Below, piece by piece: positions 11,288 to 21,629 of a stretch of DNA of 64,000 bases (positions are counted from its first letter, which is position 1; each line of letters begins with the position of its first letter). The position numbers and the translations under genes are program-made. The notes under the pieces were generated by a model. The model was not told the origin of the DNA, did no database searches, and worked only from the letters and a program-made list of their open reading frames with translations. The stretch comes from Mobula hypostoma (taxonomy: Eukaryota). The DNA lies in contig NC_086108.1 of assembly GCF_963921235.1 (NCBI RefSeq), positions 97,838,001-97,902,000 of the forward strand, read 5' to 3'.

Positions 11288-12715
11288 TTGAATTGACTTT
11301 ATTACTTACATCCGTCAAATACATGAGGAGTAAAAATCTTTACGATACGTCTCAGTCTAAATTTGCAATATAGTAATTTATAGTAGATATTATGTACAAC
11401 AGGATAGTCAGTATAACATAGAAATACAGTTGCCTCAGCATGAATTAATCAGTCTGATGGCCTGGTGGAAGAAGCTGTCCCGGAGCCTGTTGGTTCTGGC
11501 TTTTATGCTGCGGTACTGCTTCCCGGATGGTAGCAGCTGGAACAGTTTGTGGTTGGAGGTGACTCGGGTCCCCAATGATCCTTCGGGCCCTTTTTTCACA
11601 CCCGTCTTTGTAAATTTCCTGAATAGTGGGAAGTTCACAGCTACAGATGCGCTGGGCTGTCTGCACCACTCTCTGCAGAGTCCTGCGATTGAGGGAAGTA
11701 CAGTTCCCATACCAGGCAGTGATGCAGCCAGTCAGGATGCTCTCAATTGTGCCCCTGTAGAAAGTCCTTAGAATCTGGGGATCCATACCAAACGTCTTCA
11801 ACTGTCTGAGGTGAAATAGGCGCTGTTGTGCTTTTTTCACCACACAGCCGGTATGTACAGACCATGTGAGCTCCTCGCTGATGTTTATGCTGAGGACCTA
11901 AAGCTGTCAGCCTCTCAACCTCAGATCCATTGACGTCTATAAGGATTAGCCTGTCTCCATTCCTCCTGTCGTCCACAACCAGCTCCTATGTTTCTGCGAT
12001 GTTGAGGGAGAGGTTGTTTTCTTGACACCACTGTGACAGAGTGATGACTTCTTCTCTGTAGGCGGCCTCATTATTATTTGAGATGAGGTCAATCAGCGCA
12101 GTGTCAACAGCAAATTTAATTAGCGGATTGGAGCTGAGGGTGGCGACACAGTCATGGGTATACAGAGAGTAAAGGAGGGGGCTTTGTACACAGCCCTAAG
12201 GACCACCTGTGTTGAGGGGCAGAGGGGCAGAGGTGAGGGAGCCCACTCTTACCACCTGCCAGCAAATTGACAGGAAGTCCAGGATCCAGCTGCACAAGGC
12301 CGAGTGAAGGCCGAGGTCTCTGAGCTTCTTGTCGAGCCTGGAGGGAATTATGGTATTGAATGCGGAACTATAGTCTAAGAATAGCCTTCTTCATTAAGCA
12401 TCCCTCTTCTCCAGATGTGTAAGGACGGTGTGTAGAGCTGTGGCTATTGCGTCCTCTGTTGATTGGTTGTCTCAGTAGGCAAATAATAGGGGTCCAGTGT
12501 GGGAGGCAGCGTGCTGCAGATATAGTCCTTGACCAGCCTCACAAAGCTTTTGCTTATTATTGAGGTGAGTGTGACAGGAATCCAGTCATTCAGACATGAT
12601 CTCTTGGTCTTTTTTGGTCCAGGAACAATGGTGGATGTTTTGAAGCAGGAGGGCACCCTACACTGGGAGAAGGAGAGATTAAAAATATCTGTAAACACAC
12701 CTGCCAGTTGTGCCG
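11288..12715 (-). mobile_element. Rex/Babar LINE, 5'-truncated and frameshifted RT
   Basis: ORFs 12444-12842 (QLAGVFTDIFNLS...VPSCFKTSTIVP) and 11445-11843 (KKAQQRLFHLRQL...ESILTGCITAWYGNC); (CAATT)n tail; cattgaa repeated at 11281-11287 and 12716-12722; inserted into a V-SINE tail. Confidence 0.9.
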
Positions 12716-12722
12716 CATTGAA

Positions 12723-13005
12723 CATCGTACATTGAAGTACATTGAAACGTGTGGTATCAACAACCAACACAGTCCAGGGATTGTGCTGGGGGCAGCCTGT
12801 AAGTGTCTCCACAATTCCGATGCCAACATAGCCTGCCCTCAACTAACTAACCCTAACCCTAACCGTATGTCCTTTATTTGAATGTTGGAGGAAATAGGAG
12901 CACCCAGACGAAACACATGCAGTCATGGGGAGAACATACAAATTCTTTACAGACGGTAGCGGGAGATGAACTCTGGTCACTGGCGCTATAAAGTGTTATG
13001 GTAGC
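12723..13005 (-). mobile_element. V-SINE (host of the Rex/Babar insertion)
   Basis: Reverse-complement V-domain ggagcacccagacgaaacacatgcagtcatggggagaacatacaaa; tail resumes at 11260-11287. Confidence 0.65.
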
Positions 13006-13425
13006 TGCAGAGAGTGGTAAACTCAGTCAGCTCCATCAGGGGCACTAGCCTCTGTAGTATCCCAGGACACCTTCAGGGAGCGATGCCTCAAAATGGCGAC
13101 ATCCATCATTAAAGACCCTCATCGACCAGGACATACCCTCTTCTCATTGCTACTATCAGTGAAGGAGCACAGGAGCCTGAGGGCACACACTCAGCGATTC
13201 AGGAACAGCTTCTTCTCCTCTGCCATCGATATTGAACACTACCCCACTACTTTTTTATTTCTATTTTTCCACTACTTAATTCATTTAACCATTTAATATA
13301 CTGTATATACTTACTGTAATTTACAGTTTTTTTCTTTATTATTATTTATTGCATTGGGCTGCTGCTGCAAAGACAACAAATTTTGTGACATTTGCCGGTG
13401 ATATTAAACCTGATTCTGATTCTGA
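13005..13425 (+). mobile_element. Rex/Babar LINE 3' fragment
   Basis: ORF 13093-13296 (SIIKDPHRPGHTLFSLL...RFRNSFF); (ctgatt)n tail. Confidence 0.75.
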
Positions 13426-13836
13426 TGAGTGTTTTAATGGGAAGTCTACCCAGCTACCTCCTTGCAGTCACCACATACTTTCAAAATTATTACTAGCTGT
13501 TCGTTCAGCACAGAAACAAGTAATACTGTGGCATAGGCAGCAGAGTGGCGGCCTCACTGCTCCTGCAACCTGGCTTCACTGCTGACCTCAAGTGTTGACT
13601 GTGTGGAGTTTGACCTCATGCGATTCCTCTCTGAGCTCTCGCTTCATCTCGCACCCCAAAGACTCGGAGGGTTGGTGGGTTACTGTAAATTGCCCTGAAT
13701 GTGATGGGGCAAATGACGAGGGGTGTGTGGGGAAGAATGGATAGCCGGGGAAATGAATCGGGCAATAAAAATTCCTCTGAGTGTTATCTTCATAGGCCTG
13801 GCCAATAGTTGCCACTTATTCAATACCACTGACTAA

Positions 13837-14302
13837 AGGCTGATTTATACTTGTGCGTCAAATGTACGCCGTAGGTACTGCGTACCCTACGCCATAGGGT
13901 GACGTGCACCTCCCCAAAAATGTAACTCACGCGTCGCGGCACGCAGACTGCAACAACTGTGATTGGTCCGCTTGGTAGCATCGTATTTCCTCCTATGCAT
14001 TTCCATTTGCTTTTCTCCTCCATGTCTGTACACTGACGCAAAATAAATGGTTGGAGACGATGAACCAAATCGTCAAATCTACCTGCCGGCATTCGAAAAT
14101 ATTTCAAATGCGTTTCCTCGTCCATGTCTCTCACGAAGAAACTCAACACAGTGGCATTGAAACCCCACCGCCAACTAGGGTTTTGGTGGTGAATTGCAGA
14201 GCGATGCAGACACAACTACGTATGCTCGCTACGGCGTAGGGCTACGCAAAAGTATAAATCAGGCCTACGGCGTAGTCCGTACGCACAAGTATAAATTAGC
14301 CT
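13837..14302 (-). mobile_element. Non-autonomous PIF/Harbinger DNA transposon
   Basis: 22-bp TIRs AGGCTGATTTATACTTGTGCGT / ACGCACAAGTATAAATTAGCCT, TAA/TTA flanks; transposase remnant [27 protein letters not shown]. Confidence 0.85.
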
Positions 14303-14534
14303 TTAGATTGACAGCATTATTGAGTAATTATTTGTAGAACCAACCAATGTGAAAATTAGCTACATTTCATTATCTAGCAGATTATAGCTCATTTTTGCAG
14401 AAAGTAATTCCCCTAAATAGCTAACGTGACTAAGAAGAGTGATAGATGACAATGAGATTCCTTGTGGCTCCAATGGGCTGCGGGATCTCAGTCGGTCATA
14501 AGGAAATACAGGCCTTTTAACCAAAATGCTTTTG

Positions 14535-14748
14535 TTCTAATGAAGGGCCTCAGCCCGAACCACCGATTGTTTACTCCTCTCCTGTCTTGCTGAGCTCCTC
14601 CAGCATTTTGCGTGTGTTACTCTGGATTTGCAGCACCTGCAGAATCTCTTGTGTTTATGGCAACACACACAAAATGCTGGAGGAACTCAGCAGGGCAGGC
14701 AGCATCGCTGGAAGTGAAAAAGCAGTCAACGTTTCGGGCCGAGACCTG
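14535..14748. mobile_element. Two Penelope pLTR ends in tail-to-tail orientation
   Basis: + copy ctaatgaagggcctcagcccgaac...gcagaatctcttgtgttt followed by - copy gcaacacacacaaaatgctggaggaactcagc...cagtcaacgtttcgggccgagacc. Confidence 0.7.
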
Positions 14749-16435
14749 AAGTTTTGTGCTGATGGTTACCCTCCCCGTGAGCTTCCACCATCTCCCCTCA
14801 CATTCCTCGTGCTCTTTTCTTCTTCATGATCTTCTGCTGCTTCTCCATGTCCGCTTCAATCTGCCCTCCCCCCACCACCAACGTGGCGGTGAGCTCCAAT
14901 TTCCTTTCAGATTTCCAGCAATTTTTTTTTTCTCTCTTATATCTCTACAGTAATGTTAGGGCTTGTCTTGGTTCGGCACTGAATAAATCAAATCCGTTAA
15001 GGAAAAGCTTGGCCTGGGGAGGCTCGAATTCCCTCAAGCTGCTTGTGTTCTCATGGTTAACATCAGCATGGAGGAACTTTGCTCAGTATTGCCACCCCTC
15101 CCCCACTTCACCCATCTTCACACAGAATTCTTCATTGTCTTGTTATCCTTTGGTTTGCTGCTACCTTGTAACTTTATTAGTATGAAATAAAACAGTAAAT
15201 GCTAAGTACACAATTTTATGCAACGCTTGTGTAGATTAAATTGTGTAGCCCAATGCACACTAGAAATTCCATGTAGTGTCTTTTTTCAATTAAACAGTAA
15301 GATTTATTTTTGTCAATCAAGGTGCAATTTCATTTTATTTTTCCCAAGGGCATCCCCAGATCTGGTCTTGCCTCTTTTATTTGTGGAATCTTGCTTCTTC
15401 CAAAAACATTAATAAAAGCAGTTTTAAACAAAAAGTCGAGAAATGAAGTCGAAACGTGAATTGAGGTGAAGCACGATACAGTTTATGCAGCAAGGTTCAG
15501 CATTTACCATTTTTGCAAAAAATTAAAGTGCATTAAATTGCAAAGTATGATGAAATGCAATTTGCATACAGTATTTGCAGCAATATTAAAGGGGAATCAG
15601 TTTTAGCCCAGCAATCCAAACAAACAAAAACAGGCAATTAATATCTCAAATTACTACTAGTGAGTGACCCTCATCAGAAAGCCTGATTAGCGCTACTTAA
15701 TTAGGAGCCTCAAAAAACTAAATCCTTTCTCAAATCCCGCACTGTGTGTACAGTGGAAGATGCAGCTATGAGTTTAGTCCCTGATCCAATATTTACTCTT
15801 CCCTGATATGTTTGCATGAGATTTTTTCTGGGTATTACAAAGACATGCAAAAATTAATATTCAAGTATAGTGCCTATGAAAGCAATCATCACATGCGGGA
15901 GGCAAAGCAATTATCATGCTGGCATTTATGGTATATTTAATTAATAGTTTGTCTCATACAATCCAGGCTTTCATTTCCAAAATATTTAATTCCTATATAT
16001 CAATACAGCATACTTTTCTCAAATGACATCTGGCAAACAAGAAGTTATTTTAAAGTATTATCTTATCAGTAGAATCTGAGATTCCAGAAGACAAGTATTG
16101 TTAGAATATTCCCTGGAATCTGTGAGATGAGCTGACCAAAATTCTGTTACATCCCCTCTTATTATGGCAGGACAGGCAGGGTTAGTGGTGACTCTGTGAG
16201 AAGGTTGACTGAGAAACGATGGGTTCAGTTCCCGCATTATACAATTGACTGATATTTCAATGCAGTATTTAGGCTGTGTAACCCTGTCCAAGGTGCTGAA
16301 AAAGGGATGTGCGCTTGGTTGCTATAGCATCAACTGTTGGCTTTCATTTCCTTCCTGACCCTTGTTTTTATTGAAATAAATGAGCGAAGATCACGTGCCA
16401 ATATGTTTGTTGCCACAGACAGCTGTTGGGGAACA

Positions 16436-17305
16436 TGTCATTGGTGTATTTAAGGCAGAGGCTGGTAGATTCTTGATTGGTCAGGGCATGAAGAGATACG
16501 GGGAGAAGTCAAGAGATTGGGGCTGAGAGGGAAATGGATCAGCCATGATGAAATGGCAGAGCAGACTCGATGGGCCAAATGGCCTAATTCTGCTTCTATA
16601 TCTTATGGTCTTATATAATTGCATGAGCTTAGAGTCAGACAGTCATAGAAAACTCCAGCACAGAAACAGGCCCTTCAGCCTATTTAGTCAGTACTGAGCC
16701 ATGTAAACTGCCTACTTCCATCGACCTGCACAGGGACCATAGTCCTCCATACCCCTACCATCCATGTACCTATCCAAATTTCTCTTAAACATTGAAATCA
16801 AGATTGCATACACCACTTACATTGGCAGCTTGTTCCCCACACTCAGTGAGTGAAGAAGTTTCCCCTCATGTTCCCCTTAAACTTTTCACCTTTCACCCTT
16901 ACCCATGACGTCTAATTGTAGTCCCACCCAATCTCAGCAGGAAAAGCCTGTTCGCATTTACTCTGTTTCTACCCCTCATAATTGTGTATACCTCTATCAA
17001 ATCTCTTCTCAATCTTCTATGCTCCAGGGAATACAGCCCTAACCTATTCGATCTTTCCTTATAACTCAAGTCCTCCAGATCCAGCAAAGTCCTCCTAAAT
17101 TTCCTCTGTACACGTTCAACCTTATTTACATCTTTCCCCTAGGTAGGTGACCAAAACTGCAAACAATACTCCAAATTGGGCCTCACCAATGTCTCATACA
17201 GCTTCAACATAACATCCCATCTCCTGTACTCAATACATTGATTTATGAAGGTCAAAAGCTTTCTTTCTTACCTTCTCTACCTGTGATGCCACTTTCAGTG
17301 AATTA
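16436..17305. mobile_element. CR1 fragments (+ 3' tail 16436-16612; - 3' part 16640-17305)
   Basis: ORF 16899-17087 (LSYKERSNRLGLYSLEHRRLRRDLIEVY). Confidence 0.8.
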
Positions 17306-18410
17306 GTAGAGCTTAGCACAGTTCAGATTCAGATTTATTTATCACATGTACATTGTAACATGCAGTGAAGTGCATTGTTTGTGTTAACAACCAACACAAC
17401 CAAGGATGTGCTGTGAGCAGCCCACAGAAGTCACCACACATTCTAGTGCCAACATAGCATACCCACAATGCTAGGCAGAGCAACACAGAGCATGACAACA
17501 AAACAGAACACCATAAGATTCAAAACAACAACTCACCCACACTCATGGATAGTCTTCCAACACCAAGAATTTGAGCCTCCAGTCTCCAATATACAGCCTT
17601 CAGCCACTGGGCTTTGACTTCCGGATTTGATCTTTGGTATCGACCCCCCCAAACTAGCTAATGACAGGACCCTGAACCCTAGGCTTGCCAACTGGACTTG
17701 CCAACTCACTGGCCCTCCTGCTTGCATGGTCATCCAATCCCACAAACTGCTGAACTGGGACAGCCTTACATCCACGGATATCCCTTGTCACCCACCCACA
17801 TTGCTGGCCTTCAAGCACGGAGCAGAGGCCTAGATTCTGGATGTCCTCTATCACACGTCCACATCGCTAGACTTTGAACATGGAGTGGAGCACAGGCCTA
17901 TACTTCAGCTATCTGTTGGTAAGGTTGACCCAAGACAAATTTCTGTTGTCTCTCTGATGAATATGTGAGGGTAAGAGTTCGGCACGGACTAGAAGGGCTG
18001 AGATAGCCTGTTTCCGTGCTGTAATTGTTATATGTTATATGGTTATATGGAAACCTGCCTGGTAGCACCCCAATTCCAAAACTTGATTTAAAATAGGGCA
18101 ACTTTGAACTTTGAACTTTGAACTTTGAACTGCCTTATCTTCCATGGCCTGACCAATAGTTGCCACGCATTCAACATCACTGACTAGTTAATATCACATA
18201 ACTATTTGTGGAATTATTGTTTGTGAAAATTAGTTACATACCACTATCAGATAATGAAATATAACTAACTTGCACAAAGATTAACTCTACAAATAGCTCA
18301 TGTGATTAATCGTAGTAGAGTGATAAATAACAAAAAGTTTGTCATATGCACAGGTACACTGTTGGAGATTGGTGACATGGAACACTGCAAATCCAGTTCA
18401 CTGATTTATT

Positions 18411-18606
18411 TTGGATCTTTTGGATCTCCCCCTCCCCCTCCCACTTTCGAATCTGTTACTAACTCTTCCTTCAGTTAGTCCTGATGAAGGATCTCGGCCT
18501 GAAACATCGACTGTACCCCTTCCTAGAGATGCTGCCTGGCCTGCTGCGTTCACCAGCAACTTTGATGTGTGTTGCTTGAAATTCCAGCATCTGCAGAATT
18601 CCTGTT
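18411..18606 (+). mobile_element. Solo Penelope pLTR 3' end with hammerhead motif
   Basis: Exact 15-bp TSD gttcactgatttatt at 18396-18410 and 18607-18621; same subfamily as 36783-36977. Confidence 0.85.
18477..18512 (+). ncRNA. Minimal type-I hammerhead ribozyme motif
   Basis: AGTC-CTGATGA-AGG atctcgg CCT-GAAA-CA-TC-GACT: stem I AGTC/GACT, stem II AGG/CCT, intact core boxes; CG>CA change consistent with CpG decay. Confidence 0.7.
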
Positions 18607-19324
18607 GTTCACTGATTTATTGGTGAGTTAGACAGCAGGGAAGCTGTGGGGCCTCGGTTGTAGTGACAACTACCGCGGTATCACCTGTTGCAGCTGTCAG
18701 GAGGGAAGATCCTGGAGGTGGTGTGGCTCAGCGTCCACGCTGGACTGGGGGCAGGCCCCTCCCATCGGTGGTGCTCCCCTGTGTTTGCTCAGTGAGAGAC
18801 GAGCTAGACTGCGTGCATGCATGCGTACGTGGGTGTGTTAGTCTGCGGACTGCTGAGGGGCCTGTTCTTGCCAATAACATTCAGGCCTCTTCAATCTATG
18901 TACCTTGTGCTTTGTGTGACCGTTGGTACTGCGTGTTATACCTTGACATAAACTAATGACATAAATTATACAAATCTAAACAAGAAAGAACACAATTAGA
19001 ACAGAACAAAAAAATCCATTGTAGTACAAAGTGGTCATAATGAAGTTATACTATGGTAGTTGTTAGGGTTGTGCGGTTTGGTTGAAGAGCTGATTGGTTG
19101 AATCTGTGATGAGTATAGGTTTCAACATCACTATTGGAAGACTACTGTAGCAAGAAGCCAGCTCCCCACCACCTACTGATGGGCAATAAACATTTGTTTT
19201 ACCAGCTAATCCCACATTACATGCATAAATAAAAATCTGCAAAAGTGGTTACATTTCAAGTGTTATGAAGCACTTGGGCTACCCTGAGATTATGAATGCA
19301 AACCTTTTTGTAAATATGGCACCA

Positions 19325-19710
19325 AATTTCAAAGTTCAAAGTAAATTTATTATCAAAATATGTATATGTCACCATCACTACCTTGAGAATCATTTTCTTG
19401 TGGGCATTCACAGGAAAACCAAGAAATACACAGAATTAAAAAAAGCTACATACAAAGACTGACAAGAGACCAATGTCCAAAAGAAGACAAATGGTGTAAA
19501 ATCTAAATAAATAAAAAAATAACATTGAGAACATGAGTTGTAGAGCTTTTGAAAGAGAGTGCATAGGTTGTGGAATCAGTTCAGAGTTGAGGTGAGTGAA
19601 GTTTTTCACACTAGTTCTGGAGCCTGATGGTTGAAGGTTCATAACTGTTCCTGAACCTGGTAGTGTGGGACCTAAGGCTTCTGTATCTCCTGCTTGATAG
19701 CAGCAGCAAA
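19325..19710 (-). mobile_element. Rex/Babar LINE 3' UTR/tail fragment
   Basis: ttcaaagttcaaagtaaatttattatcaaa tail; homologous copies at 9945-10740, 21335-21470 and 58570-58940. Confidence 0.65.
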
Positions 19711-19842
19711 ACTGCAACAACAGGAGACCTCAGCAGTCAATGAAGCCCTTGTGACAGTGCAGGAAGAAGGTAGGCAAATGCACCTGCGTTGTTCTTCAAG
19801 ATATTGACAAGGTTGGCAAGACCACATTTATTACCCACCTTA

Positions 19843-20573
19843 AGGTCAATTTATACTTCTGTGTCAAATCTATGCCATAGGTACGGCGTAACCGCGTACC
19901 CTGTGCCGTAGCCTGACGCACACCTCCCCAAGACTATAACTACGTGTCGTGGTGACACAGACCGCAACAACTGTGATTGGTCGGCTTGGTAGCATCGCAT
20001 TTCCTCCTACGCTGCAATAGCTTCCCATTGGGCGACTGAAGGGCAGGGAAGGAACTCTGGCTGCAATGCTTTCCATGAAGCTTTACAGAGCTCCGAAATT
20101 ATGGAGGACCCTGTGCTTGATGCCAGTATGTAGCTGGCTGCTACAGCCTGTTGACTTCCACCTGAAGCTAAAACTCGAGTGGTGATTGCCAGTCTCTGAG
20201 TATACTGTGCGTACACTGAGGTGAAATAAACGGTTGGAGACGATGAACCAAATCGTCAAATCTACCCGCCGACATCCGAAAATATTTGAAATGCATTTCC
20301 TCGTCCATGTCTCTCAGTGGCCGGACAAGCACAGAAAATTTACCCTCCTTCAGTTTCAGTCGCCATTGTTTGAAGTTTGAGTTTCTTCGTGTTGAGTTTC
20401 AACACGAAGAAACCCAACACAGTGGCATAGAAACCCCACCGCCAACTAGTGCTTTGGCGGTGAATTGCAGAGCGATGCAGACACACCAATGCACAAGTAT
20501 AAATGCTCACAACGGCGTAGGCCGCTTGCGTAGGCTATGGCATAGGCTACTATGCAGAAATATAAATCAGTCT
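19843..20573 (-). mobile_element. Non-autonomous PIF/Harbinger DNA transposon (longer copy)
   Basis: TIRs AGGTCAATTTATACTTCTGTGT / ATGCAGAAATATAAATCAGTCT; 3-bp TSD TTA/TTA; HTH remnant [36 protein letters not shown]. Confidence 0.85.
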
Positions 20574-21629
20574 TTATTGTAATAATGATCCTGATTCAAA
20601 CTGTTGTGACTCATTTAAATGTTCTGTTTTTCCCAAGTCAGTGACACTGTCATTAATAACACAGAATACTTTAATGTATTTTTAACACAGTTAATCATTT
20701 TAACAATTGGGGAAGCTTGTTTCTGCTGTTCATTTTTAGAATGAAAAATGCAAAGGTGCTTATGTGGAATAAATTTACAATTTCACCATAAATAGTCGAC
20801 ATCAGATCTCACCCCCAAGTTGCTTTATTCTAACACACACATATTTATATCTATTACAGTCATAGCAATCCAGCAAATTTCAGTTTACGTTTACATATCA
20901 AAGGACATCTACAGCTGAGGAAGCCATAGAATTTTGTTTGTGTACCTGGAGATGTCTGAATTGAGCCATTATGGAGCATCCAACTCTTCTGAACTGATTC
21001 CATGATCGTTGTCCTCACTGTTCCATCAATAGGCTTACTTCACATATTTTAACCAAACTAGTCTCCTCCTCCAGCATTTTGTTATAGAGTCATACAGCGC
21101 AGAAGCAGGCCCTTCAGCCCATCTAGCCTGTGCCAAACCATTTAGTCCCGCGTACCATCAGTGGAAAAAGCCAGCTTACATTCAGCCTATCAATACCCCC
21201 CGTAATTTTGTTTGTTGTGCCTGCAAAGATCAGAACTCTAGTGCCTCTCCAGGTATGGCAGCAGCCTGGAGTTCCCACATCCGATTTCTCTTTTAAAGTT
21301 AGACCTATTATGTGAGGAAGCAAATACTGATATCAAAGTTCAAAGTACAAAGTAAATTTATTATCCAAGTATATACTGTATATGTCACCATATACTACGC
21401 TGAGATTCTTTTTCTTGTGGGCATTCACAGTAGGTACAAAGAAACACGATAGAATCAATGAAAAACTGCGTAATAACAACTCAGTAGTAACAGCCCACTG
21501 CTCACCGCAGAGAGTTATTAATGGTGAAGTGCTGGCCCTTCTACTTACCGAGGGAGTTCAATGCCATTTTGATAATTCATGTTTACATCCCCCCGCCCCC
21601 ATGCTAGTGCTGGGGAAGCGCTGCAGGAG

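Noticed and set aside
21180..21220. 41-nt minus-strand exon-like segment
   Set aside because: The peptide KITGGIDRLNVSWLFP resembles decayed CR1 ORF2 C-terminus
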